DNA of 64,000 nucleotides from contig NC_043011.1 in the NCBI RefSeq assembly GCF_006345805.1, forward strand, positions 34,422,464 to 34,486,463. Reading direction: 5' to 3'. Shown in pieces: positions 54,169-63,261 of this stretch. Within the stretch, counting starts at the first letter, position 1; each line of letters starts with the position of its first letter. The stretch comes from Octopus sinensis (Eukaryota). Under the pieces are notes generated by a model. It saw only the letters and a list, made by a program, of their open reading frames with translations. It made no database searches and had not been told where the DNA came from. A program made the position numbers and the translations under genes.

Positions 54169-57100
54169 CTGTATATGTATATAAATTATATACATGATAT
54201 GTGTATGTGTAACTATATATAGCATATGTATGTATATATGTGTATGTATGTGTGTGTGTATGTATATAAGGTGCATTCAAAAAGTATCTGGGTTAATTTT
54301 TTTAATGCCACTACAACACATCTGTACTCTAGGTGTAACATCTGGCAACTGATACAGCTTACTAGCACAAAAACTTTCACATATATACACCAGGTGGTGC
54401 TATTAAGTTAGACATGGCCTGGACCAATACTGGCTGAAACCTATCAAAGTATGTGCAGGAAGGGTTGCTTTACTTCCCATCCAAAGGATGTTGCCTTTGT
54501 GGCATTAATTTTAGCAGGAAAAAATAAAGTCAGATACTTTTTGAATGCACTTATGTATATCCAACATGTTCAATTTTGTTGATTCCTGTTAGCAAGTGAA
54601 ACATGTGTAATGGTGAATAATTAATACCAAAAAATTTTTCTAGCTTCCTATTTTGTTTTGTGTGTGTGTGTGTGTGTGTATGCGTGTGTGCGTGCATGCG
54701 TGTCTGTGTGTGTGTGTGTGTGCACGTGCGTGTGTGTAAAGGCGTGTTGCTTAGGTCATGTGTTCAATTCCCGGCGATGTGTTGTATCCTTGAGCAAGTC
54801 ACTTTATTGCTCCAGTCCACTCTGCTGGCAAAAATGAGTAGTGCCTGTATTTCAAAGGACCAGCCTTGTCACACTCTGTGTCATGCTGAATCTCCCTAAG
54901 AACTAAGTTAAGGGTACACATGTCTGTGGAGTGCTCAGCCACTTGCACGTTAATTTCATGAGCAAGTTGTTCCATTTATTGTATCAGCTGGGACTCTCAT
55001 TGTAGCAACCGATGGAGTGCTCCTTTAATATATATATATATATTATATATATATATATACATATATACTTTATTAAAAGCAGCAGAAATATAACAAAAAC
55101 TGTTACTCAGAGTTTCACATTCCCGTTCGTCAGACAGTTTTGTTATATTTCTGCTGCTTTTAAATAAAGCATATTACTCTACCTCTAGTATTTGAGTACT
55201 CTTTTCCCCACCTTGTTTCACATTTATGTGCTTACTCCTGTATATATACACAGACACACACACACATATATATCTATATCTATATATATGTGTGTGTGTA
55301 TGTGTATAGAGAATATATAAGGAGTTTTCATCAACTGATGTAAAGTAATAGGTATGCACTATTAGTGCTCAGTTTGGTCTGGCACTCAGCCTCTGGTGGT
55401 TTGAACTACAGCTGAGAGTGTGATATTGAGACTGCCTATCAAAGTCAGCTAGAAGTGGTTACTCCTTGAGTGGGTAGATATAAATTGAAGCAAAAATGAA
55501 AATGCAAAATGTTCGGCATCACTTGAAAAAAAGCATTTAATTAAATTTAATTAAATTAAATGACTGTTTCAAGTGATACCAAACGTTTTGCTTCTTCATT
55601 TTTTCTTTAATCTCTGTCTCACTAATATATATATGTTTGTATGTGTGTAATACATATATATATAAGATATATGCATGTGTATATATATTGTATATACACA
55701 CATATGTGTGTATACATGGTTATATAGTGCATGTGTATATGTGTATGTATGTTATTAGAAAAAATGCTCACCTGACTTTTCTTTAATTTCACTTAGCTTA
55801 ATTTTCAAATATATTCTTTGATTCTCTTTTACTCAGGTGTTCTGACTGTGCTATGACTTATGATTACCGACATGTCATGAAGCTGTCTCCAAATGGTACC
55901 AAATTCTCTGTAAGCAGAATATCTTTCCTTCTTATTTGTGTGCCCCTATTGTTCCCTTTGTTTGGTTTGGTTTTGTAAAACGGTTGGTGTTAGGAAGAGC
56001 GTCCAGCCATAAAAACCCCGCCGAAACAGACAGTGAAGCCTGGTGTAGTCTTTTGCCTAACCAGCCCCACCAAACTATTCTACCTACACCAGCATGATGA
56101 CGATGATGATGATAATGGTGGTGATGATGATGATGATGACGATTTCCTTTTGCTGATTTGAAGAATTTCAAGAGAATTCTATATTGGGAACAGTTTCATA
56201 CTTTAGCATTTAAACTAGCCATATCTAGTCAAAATATTCTACCTGTTTTATGTTCAAACTGGCCAGATTCTGGCCTTTCACACCCACCCTACAATGTCAT
56301 TCTAAAAACAAACAGATACACCATTGAAATCTCGGAGCTGTGAGATAATGCATGACTAATTCAAAACAGGGTGAATAGATAAGCATTATATTTGACATAG
56401 TAATCGGAACGCTAAAGAGTCAAGTGACTACAGCGTTCTCTATAAGAACTTGCTTTGTCTTCCATTTAAAGAAATTAATTCTGAGCTGTGAATTTTGTGT
56501 CAATGAATCTACCATTTGTTCTATTTACAAAGTTCATGGAGATGATTTAGTTATCACTGATTCATTTATCACTCTGTGTGTGTGTGTGCGTGTGTGCGCA
56601 TGTGCGTGTGTGCGCATGTGCGTGTGTGTGCATTCAAAGAGGAAGAAAACGCCTGTGATCAATCAGGATATACATCTAAAACTACACTATGCAATGCCCT
56701 TTCTTTTTTAAGTTGGTAAGGTGTAATTTAAGGAAGATTTGACTGCTATTTCTAACAGGTCTAGCAAGTATTTAGAGGCTCTCTCATTAACTTGTAGTTG
56801 ATGTTGTTATTGTTGTTATATGTTAAGTTTAATAACTTGTCTTTGTTTGAAATCCAGCAAATGGTAGCTGCAGCTGAAATCTCTGGCAGTAACGACATTC
56901 CTGAAGCTGGGTTTGATGCTCTCATGCAAACATTGGTTTGTGAAGTAAGTAACAACAGGAGTTTTTTCACATTTCTAAATACTGAATATACATTCCTTGA
57001 GTAAACTGACCCTTTAAATTACTTTTGTGCCCCTTACATTAAATACCTTAACCTTCTCCTGTCCAAAGTATTTTCATAAGTTTGTCCTTAATGTCCTTAC

Positions 57101-60100
57101 TTGTTTACAGATTTTTAGTTAACCCAGCCCATGATTCATAAGTTCTGAGTAATAAATATAAAGTCTTCCCTTTAAAAATCCCAAGTAACTCTAGTCAGTG
57201 AAAAATATTGGGAATATGTATCATATATGATGCATGGATGCCAAGAAAATATGACCTGTGTTACATATGTGATGATACACATGAAAGAAAGGGTCAACCC
57301 TTTGCTTGTCCAAAGCATTTTTGTATGTTTGGACTAAACATCCATACTTGGTTTCAGGCTTTTAGTTAACCCTTGTTTCATATGGTCTGAATAAATAATA
57401 TAAAGCTTTCCTTTTGTAAGTCCCATCTTATTCTGGTAGCTGAAAAAAAAATGGCAATGTTTATCATATATGATCCATGGATGTCATGGAAATATGTCTT
57501 CAGGCATTTGCCATATTCTGAATGCCTTACTTCCCTGGGCATGGATACATTGAAACTCCGACATCTGGCAGCTGACTTGGCAGACACCCATAAAATTATT
57601 AACCGTCTTACTAACAATAACTCTGAGCACTTTTTGCAAACTCCACCTGTCTAACACCCATGGACATGTTTACAAAGTCAGAAAACAGCACAGCTCCCAT
57701 GACTTTCGTAAACATTTTTTCACGCTAAGAGTTGCTGAAGCATGGAACAAACTGCTGGCATCAGTTGTTAGTTGTCGGAGCACTGCATCCTTTAAAACTT
57801 CCATGCTTCCTGAGATTCCCTTACACTACACCTGATTTTCTCCCCTCCATACACACACAAGCATGTATCTGACTCATACACTGTTCACTTCCCGGACATT
57901 TGTACATTACTGCATGTGCTTTATATGCACTTTTGACAAGTTGTGGTGCACCTGAGCACTGTATACAATAATTTCATTATTATTATTATTATTATACACA
58001 GGACAGACAAATGGTTAACATTTTGCTTATACAAAGCAATTTCTTAAGTCTGTCCTAAACGTCCATGCTAATTTTCAGACTTTTAGTTAGTCCATGTTTC
58101 ACAAATTCTGAGTAATATAAAGCTTTCATTTCATAAGATCCCCCTAGTTACTCTGGTGGCTGAAAACACAATTGGGAATATGTATCATGTCTGATGCATG
58201 GATGCCAAGAGAATATATCTTGTGTGTTACATGTGATGCACAGGACAAGGAGGCGAACCTGCTGCGATCACTTTGGGATCTAAGATCTAAGATATACGAT
58301 ACAGGTGTCCTGCTTTAGAGTGATCTAAATCAAAAACTTCCATTAAAATTTCATATTGATTTATGTTCCAAACACAAGCTTAATAATGACCAGTTATTTT
58401 CATAGATTCTCTGCTACTTTCAAAATTAATCCAAACAAAAGCAGTGTATTTTTACAGAAATGTGGTAAGGAAAGGTTTGACCCTTTCCCTCCCATATTTT
58501 CACACAGCCATGCCATACAGAGTATTCAGGCTAAATTTGACCATTTGCCCAAAAGGAAAAGAAAACAATATCCCATCCAAAAATAAAAGTATTTAAAAAA
58601 ATATCAAGATACCAATTAGATTATACCTAGGAGATAACAGTTTACTCAATGTAGCAGCCTTCAGCTTCCAACACAGCTTCAAGGAGGCTTTAAAATCTAG
58701 TGTGTGCATTCTTCACTGTGTCCTGGGGAAGGTCTTTGAACATATCCTTGATATAAGCTACCAGCTTGGCTTTGGTGTTACTGGCAGAACAGTTGGTGTC
58801 TTTCTCAACCATGGGATTATAAATTCTCAACACATGGGATTATAAATGGAGGAATTAGGTTAGAACCTGGAGCTGGTAAAGTTGTAGAACTTCTACAACC
58901 ACTTCTAACTCTTTCTGGAGATATGGCAAGGAGCATATGGCATTCCAGCTGCAAACTTCTCTGACACACAGGATTGACCACAGGCTTCAGCAACTTTGGA
59001 ATTGATCCTAAGGCCCTGTTCAAAAATATGGGGTGGCATGATGTCACTGTCACTGGTGACATACACAAAGACCAACCATCACAGTTTCAGGGAACTTGGT
59101 TTTCGTGATATCCATGTCATGTCTTACACCCTTTACAGTGTTCACAGAGCATTGAACAGTTGTCACGATGTCAGCATTTTAGTACTTGGCATCAGTTGTC
59201 ATGACACAAGCAACCCTTTTCCAATATTTAAATGGCTTCATGTCCTCCAAGTCAGCTAACAGGTAAGGCGGCAAGCTAGCAGAAACGTTAGCATGCCGGG
59301 TGAAATGCTTAGTGGTATTTCGTCTGCCATTATGTTCTGAGTTCAAATTCCGCTGAGGTTGACTTTGCCTTTCATCCTTTTGGGATCGATAAATTAAGTA
59401 CCAGTTATGCACTGGGGGTCGATGTAATCGACTTAATCCCTTTGTTTGTCCTTGTTTGTCCCCTCTATGTTTAGCCCCTTCTGGGCAATAAAGAAATAAG
59501 TCAGCTAACAGTTTCTCAACTACAATTTTAATCTTTATGCCCTCCAACACCATTGACTGTTCACCAATATATGAAGCTGTTCCTGAAAAGAAAGGGAGAT
59601 ATAAAAAAAAAGATCGTCAAATTTGGCCTGAACACCCTGTATATTGATATATTTGTAACCACTTTTGTATGACATGTTTTGAATTTTATGAGTCTTTGTG
59701 ATCAATAAAAAAATTGTTATTATTATTATTACTTTTATCTTCTTTTTAGCAAATTGGTTGGCGAAGCAAATCAAGAAAACTGGTCCTTTTTATTGCTGGT
59801 AGCTCCTTCCATACTGCAGGCTCAGGAAAGGTATGGCAGTTTCTGTCAGTCTATTATTTTTACAGTTGTTTAGCCCTAGGTCATCCCTGATTCAGATGAA
59901 CTATTATCAAAGGTATTCCAGCCATGACCACCCCATTCTTATTTCTGTTCAGTGAACCTAGAACTACATTGTCCAACATGTTCATTTTTAAGACGATAGA
60001 GTGTGATTTTTTTTTTGGGGGGGGGCGGAGATTCGGCTGTTATTTCTAGCAACTCGAGTGACCATGTATTGACTTCTGATGGTCCCCTTTTTTTCTGGGA

Positions 60101-61916
60101 GTGGTGGTGGTTGCAGGTGCTGTTTATTAGGCATTCCCTTCTCTCCTAGGTCAAACACTCAGGAGATGGCAGTTTTATCTCTGTACACACACACACACAT
60201 ATACACCATGCCACACACATACACACACACAAACACACCACATACACGCTGTACATGATGCACAGATACACATACTACACATGTGCAAACACACACACAC
60301 ACACACACACACTCAGTTGCTATGGTTTCAAATCACTTGTTATGATTCAGAGACCCTTATTTTATCTCTAAATAGCTTCCCTCCTCTTTCCTCTTTCTTC
60401 CTATTCTGACTTTATTTGTCTTCTGTTGTCTGTTTTATTTTTTGGCCTTTCTCTGCTTCTTTAACTTCTGCCTATCCGTTCCACCCACGTAATACAATGT
60501 GTGTGTGTGTACATGTGTGTGTGTTTGTGTGTGTATGTGTTTGTATGTGTGTTTGTGTGTCCGTGTGTATGTGTGTGTGCATGTTTGTGAGTGTTGCTGC
60601 TACTGTTGTTGTTGTTCTTCTTCTACTACTTCTTTTTCTTCTTCTTCTTCTTCTTCTTCTTCTTCCTCCTCCTCCTCCTCTTCTTCTTTTTCTTCTTCTT
60701 CCTCCTCCTCCTCTTCTTCTTTTTCTTCTTCTTCCTCCTCCTCCTCTTCTTTTTCTTCCTCCACCTCCTCCTCTTCTTCTTCTTCTTCCTCTTCTTCTTC
60801 TTCCTCTTCTTCCCCTTCATTATCTCCTCCACCTCTCACCCCTCACCATGATCCTTTGACCCCCTGCCTGGAAAAGGCAGAATACATGTGACTTCAATGT
60901 CACACACACCTTTTGTACACACTGGGTGATGGTAACCTTAGATAAACTATGCCTGCCAAAAAATGAACAAAAGAATCTGGGAGGGGGGGGAATGGATGGC
61001 TGGAATATCTTTGACCATAATTCTGCTTTGATAAGAGATGACCTGGAGCTAAAAGAGAAACAAAACAGCAGCAACAGTCAATATCTCTCCATTACCATTA
61101 CCACCACCTCCATCACCACCATCATTACTACAACCTGCCATCACCACCACCACCAATACCACCAATATCACCACTGCCGCTACCACTGCTGCTGCCACCA
61201 CCACTACCACCACCACCACCACCACCACTACTAATGGGAACTGGATATACTCTCTTGCTTGTTTCAGTTACTGGACCCTTGGCCATACTGGAGCACCGTC
61301 TTGTAGAGTTGGTCAATGAAATTGATCCCAGTGCTTTATTTTAAATCTGAGACTTATTCTGTTGGTCTCTTTTGCCAAGCTGCTACGTTATGGGGACATA
61401 AATAAACCAACACTGGTTGCCAGGTGTGTGTGGGGGGAGGGGGACCAAACACACGCACACATGTACATAACTTCATATAGATATATATATAGCTGAAATT
61501 TACAGAAAAACAAAAGATGAAGACAGGTGTATAAACAAAAAGCAGGTGTATTAGTTTGATGCTTGGGAAGGTGAGAAAATCTTTTACATTTTGAGCCTAC
61601 GCTCTTCAACAGACAGGAACACAAGGAAATAAACAGAGACAGAATAAAAAAAAAACATTGTGGATTTATACACACACAACAAACTTCTTTCAGTTTCCGT
61701 CTACAAATCCAGTCACCAAGCTTTGATAAGCCTGGGGCTATAATAAAAGACTCTTGTCCAAAGTGCTATAATGTGGGACTGAATCTGAGACCCCACATGG
61801 ATTGGAAGCAAGCTTCTTTAACCACATAGTCACACTTGCACCTACTACAACTACTACTACTGCTGCTACTACTACTACTACTACTACTGCTGCTGCTGCT
61901 ACTACTACTACTGCTG

Positions 61917-61947
<31 letters not shown>

Positions 61948-61970
61948 CACTCCTACTGCTGCTGCTGCTG

Positions 61971-62007
<37 letters not shown>

Positions 62008-63261
62008 CACTACCACTACTGGAGTTATTGGATATATAGTCTCAGCACTTGAAGGAAGTTTCAGTTGATGAAAGCATTTGAGGTTCTTGATGTCATGATG
62101 ATACAATGTTCAGGTTTCACAACCATATAGGGGCATGGATATAAAAACAGCTGGGTAGACTGTAATCTTTGTCTGTGAATACATGTTTTATAAGTTTACT
62201 GAAATCTGAATAATCAGACTCAATTCTTTGTTCCACATCTTGCTCAGGATTGCATTTGGTGGAGAGCAAACTTTTAAGATATACAAAAAAGTGGCTGTGT
62301 GGTAAGTTGCTTGCTTACCAACCAGTTGATTCTGGGTTCAGTCCCACTGCATGGCACCTTGGGGCAAGTGTCTTCTACTATAGCCTTGGGCCAACCAAAG
62401 CCTTGTGAGTGGATTTGGTAGACAGAAACTGAAAGAAGCCCGTTATATATATGTTTATGTATATATATGTGTGTGTGTGTGTGTACGTGTGTGTGTTTGT
62501 GTGTCTGTGTTTATCCCTGCCAACATCGCTTGACAACCGGTGCTGGTGTGTTTATGTCCCTGTAACTTAGTGGTTCGGCAAAAGAGACTGATAGAATAAG
62601 TACTAGGCTTACAAAGAATAAGTCTTGGGGTCGATTTGCTTGACTAAAGGCGGTGCTCCAGCATGGCTGCAGTCAAATGACTGAAACAAGTAAAAAAAAA
62701 GGCTGCAGACCAGTTTCCTGGGACATTTTCTAGAGAAATAAGTACGGCACTAAAACTATCAAATATGGTGGCTCAATTTCTCCTGTTTCCCATCATGCAT
62801 CAGAAAATGAATGATCTCCATCTAACATGGATAATTACTAGCTCTGTCAAAAACCTGTATGTAAGGTCATGCTCATAACTGCCAGGCCCTTTCTTCACAA
62901 TCCACAGCCAGGACTTCACAAGTCTGCTTCACCCGCCTGTGGCTTCTGCTTCTTCTAGCTTTCGTTAAAGAGAAGCAATTACTGGTCTCTTTACATGAAT
63001 CTTTGCCGGATTCATTCAACGCAGCCTTCAGATGTAAAAATTCTCCCAGCCTCACTTTCCTTGGTTATATCACCACATCATGTCTAAGTTTAATCTTGCT
63101 TATTTCAGATATTTTCGTACTGTGATCTTTGTATTTAACACAATCCTTTTGCTGAATCTCTTTATTTTCTTCTCTTTATTCAGTTACTCGGAGTTGTGAA
63201 ACCAAACGATGAGCGATGTCATTTAACAGCAGCTGGAGAATATTCTGAGAGTAAAGTACAG
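27005..63261 (+). CDS. ITGB: Integrin beta subunit, 3'-partial; join(27005..27068, 38075..38151 [or identical 39525..39601], 42090..42200, 49282..49363, 51344..51475, 52821..52923, 55837..55909, 56858..56944, 59750..59830, 63184..63261); 888 nt = 296 aa, continues beyond the window
   Basis: All ten exons have AG/GT boundaries with compatible phases and no stop. The product is [76 protein letters not shown]...[12 protein letters not shown]...[13 protein letters not shown]...GFGSYVEK...[17 protein letters not shown]...IGWR...[22 protein letters not shown]. This matches the PSI (7 Cys) and betaI motifs of integrin beta chains. The symbol is family-level only; orthology is not determined. Confidence 0.96.
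27223..27326. repeat. (TTC)n microsatellite
   Basis: Direct inspection. Confidence 0.95.
27441..27838 (-). mobile_element. Diverged copy of the Merlin-like MITE
   Basis: Collinear with 17031-17444; left TIR partly deleted; no TSD. Confidence 0.7.
30372..30744 (+). mobile_element. Non-autonomous Helitron, same family
   Basis: Near-identical to 14488-14870; ends CTAG|T. Confidence 0.85.
30769..31230 (+). mobile_element. Retrozyme/Penelope-pLTR-like element: ~100 bp imperfect direct repeats (offset 359 bp) around a hammerhead-containing core
   Basis: 30769-30870 and 31128-31230 share tagtgaca.ttatagttttt..ttttggtaaaacattgcac; the hammerhead lies between them. Confidence 0.6.
30953..31023 (+). 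ncRNA. Type I hammerhead ribozyme motif (intact core, weakened stem II)
   Basis: Stem I gtcgagtggtcccta/tagggaactctcgac (13 of 15 pairs); CTGATGA at 30968-30974; stem II gtcta-tggaat-tagct; GAAA at 30991; stem III actgac-tg-gtcagt; GUA triplet ending at 31008. Confidence 0.85.
31215..32110 (+). mobile_element. Older Helitron-like element
   Basis: Ends ccaggaattaccagg-tacgtcagCTAG|T; the 5' part shares gatgaaacttgaca with the young family; 5' end uncertain. Confidence 0.5.
32300..33485 (+). mobile_element. RTE-type LINE 3' fragment with a PHD-like Cys-rich insert, 3' UTR and (GAT)n tail
   Basis: ORF 32374-32769 (CLIC...CTQC...RC...C, then [26 protein letters not shown]). Degraded [15 protein letters not shown] and RGRSRK.W follow. 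The same 3' UTR recurs at approx. 40465-40830 (-), 52000-52145 (+), 55960-56145 (-) and 63590-63715 (+). Confidence 0.8.
34154..34340 (+). mobile_element. Second, decayed copy of the 2794-2980 hammerhead-bearing short repeat
   Basis: Collinear with 2794-2980; core reads CTGACGA AGAGC TCT GCTC AAAAT GTT (GAAAC changed to AAAAT). Confidence 0.75.
34780..35232 (+). mobile_element. tRNA-headed SINE family A with central (TA)n(TG)n; other copies near 10075-10285, 13843-14085 (-), 18553-18907, 45881-46255, 46645-47045 (-), 47575-47760 (-), 61245-61835 (-, split), 62291-62698
   Basis: gagtggctgtgtggtaag...ggttcagtcccact head and aaatgactgaaacaagtaaaag tail recur across copies. Confidence 0.88.
37270..37628 (-). 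mobile_element. tRNA-headed SINE family D; other copies near 12780-13160, 38727-39072, 39893-40148, 52975-53250 (all -)
   Basis: Minus-strand head gtgaaggcacatggctcagtggttagagtg; shared cagctgagtgaactagagcaac body. Confidence 0.7.
38075..38151 (+). CDS. ITGB: Integrin beta PSI exon, copy 1 ([25 protein letters not shown]), 77 nt, phase 1 to 0
   Basis: ccttctctccccag acceptor, gtaagg donor, C..C..C.....C.WC PSI pattern. Confidence 0.93.
39525..39601 (+). CDS. ITGB: Integrin beta PSI exon, copy 2 (identical to 38075-38151)
   Basis: Same 77 nt and same splice sites as copy 1, at offset 1450. Confidence 0.85.
41450..42015 (+). mobile_element. Internally deleted mariner transposon
   Basis: TIRs ttgggttgtccagaaagtttgtgcc / ggcacaaactttccggacaacccaa; TA on the left; transposase N-terminus (MEDKEVHF) joined to C-terminus [19 protein letters not shown]. 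Confidence 0.9.
42090..42200 (+). CDS. ITGB: Integrin beta exon ([37 protein letters not shown]), end of PSI
   Basis: RCD..NL...C..IINP motif; tgtag acceptor, gtataa donor; 111 nt, phase 0 to 0. Confidence 0.93.
42430..42730 (+). mobile_element. LINE-type 3' end with (AAT)n tail; shorter copy at approx. 45150-45292
   Basis: Shared tagtcatgatgggtatactgggcttc...ctctctcactc-(aat)n; clade not determined. Confidence 0.55.
44108..44555 (+). mobile_element. Same Merlin-like MITE with an expanded (CCCTAA)n tract
   Basis: Perfect TSD gacaaatc at 44100-44107 and 44556-44563; perfect 29 bp TIRs. Confidence 0.88.
46358..46616. repeat. Foldback element, ~105 bp arms
   Basis: tattctataattat...gtcatttcaactacc / ggtagttgaaatgac...ataattatagaata. 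Confidence 0.8.
47172..47554 (-). mobile_element. Non-autonomous Helitron, same family
   Basis: Reverse complement of 14488-14870; A|TC ... CTAG|T on the minus strand. Confidence 0.88.
49282..49363 (+). CDS. ITGB: Integrin beta exon ([27 protein letters not shown]), hybrid domain N-part
   Basis: IQPQ...L.LRP motif; tttcag acceptor, gtaagt donor; phase 0 to 1. Confidence 0.93.
49525..49756. repeat. Foldback element, ~87 bp near-perfect arms
   Basis: tatatagagggcattattatacatacatgccac...ttttacttatcata / tatgataagtaaaa...gtggcatgtatgtataataatgccctctatata. Confidence 0.88.
51344..51475 (+). CDS. ITGB: Integrin beta exon carrying MIDAS DxSxS ([20 protein letters not shown])
   Basis: tttcag acceptor, gtaaga donor; 132 nt, phase 1 to 1. 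Confidence 0.96.
52821..52923 (+). CDS. ITGB: Integrin beta exon ([33 protein letters not shown])
   Basis: GFGS.V[DE]K..PF motif; ctacag acceptor, gtaagt donor; phase 1 to 2. Confidence 0.95.
54267..54554. mobile_element. Mariner-derived MITE
   Basis: TIRs aaggtgcattcaaaaagtatctg / cagatactttttgaatgcactt in a TA context. Confidence 0.7.
55064..55173 (-). ncRNA. Type I hammerhead ribozyme motif with a ~37 bp stem I
   Basis: Minus strand reads ...aaaactgt CTGACGA ACG-GGAA-TGT GAAA CTCTGA GTA acagtttttg.... All conserved core positions are present and the flanking inverted repeat forms stem I. Confidence 0.85.
55837..55909 (+). CDS. ITGB: Integrin beta exon ([25 protein letters not shown]), specificity-determining loop
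   Basis: actcag acceptor, gtaagc donor; phase 2 to 0 fits both neighbours; C..C...Y.Y.HVM.L pattern. Confidence 0.92.
56858..56944 (+). CDS. ITGB: Integrin beta exon ([29 protein letters not shown])
   Basis: Matches the ISGN.D.PEGG.DA.MQ..VC motif; atccag acceptor, gtaagt donor. Confidence 0.96.
57497..57995 (+). mobile_element. CR1-type LINE 3' end with (ATT)n tail
   Basis: LPYSECL.SLG..TLKLR....DL..THKII; T.GH.YK..K.......[16 protein letters not shown]; attatt tail. Confidence 0.8.
58518..59639 (-). mobile_element. Degraded Tc1/mariner (maT-like) transposon, interrupted by a SINE
   Basis: TA-flanked TIRs cagagtattcaggctaaatttgac / gtcaaatttggcctgaacaccctg; minus strand [44 protein letters not shown]. 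Confidence 0.75.
59263..59497 (+). mobile_element. tRNA-headed SINE family C; other copies near 1-215 (-), 11392-11625 (+), 42725-42955 (-), 43535-43685 (-), 63722-63900 (-)
   Basis: B box gagttcaaattcc; 14 bp TSD aagtcagctaacag at 59249-59262 and 59498-59511. Confidence 0.88.
59750..59830 (+). CDS. ITGB: Integrin beta exon ([27 protein letters not shown])
   Basis: Gapless match to IGWR....RLLVFSTDAGFH.AGDGK; tttttag acceptor, gtatgg donor. Confidence 0.94.
60615..60812. repeat. (TTC)/(CTC) polypyrimidine microsatellite
   Basis: Direct inspection. Confidence 0.9.
61480..61675 (-). mobile_element. Decayed hammerhead-bearing short repeat (AGAGC-GTAG-GCTC family), nested in the central microsatellite of a SINE; related remnant at approx. 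18050-18090 (-)
   Basis: Minus strand CTGTTGA AGAGC GTAG GCTC AAAAT GTA AAAG. The 18055 copy reads TTATCGA AGAGC GTAG GCTC GAAAC GTC. Confidence 0.6.
61843..62020. repeat. (ACT)/(GCT)/(ACC) compound microsatellite
   Basis: Direct inspection. Confidence 0.9.
63184..63261 (+). CDS. ITGB: Integrin beta exon ([26 protein letters not shown])
   Basis: PND..CHL....Y..S motif; attcag acceptor, gtatct donor. Confidence 0.95.
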
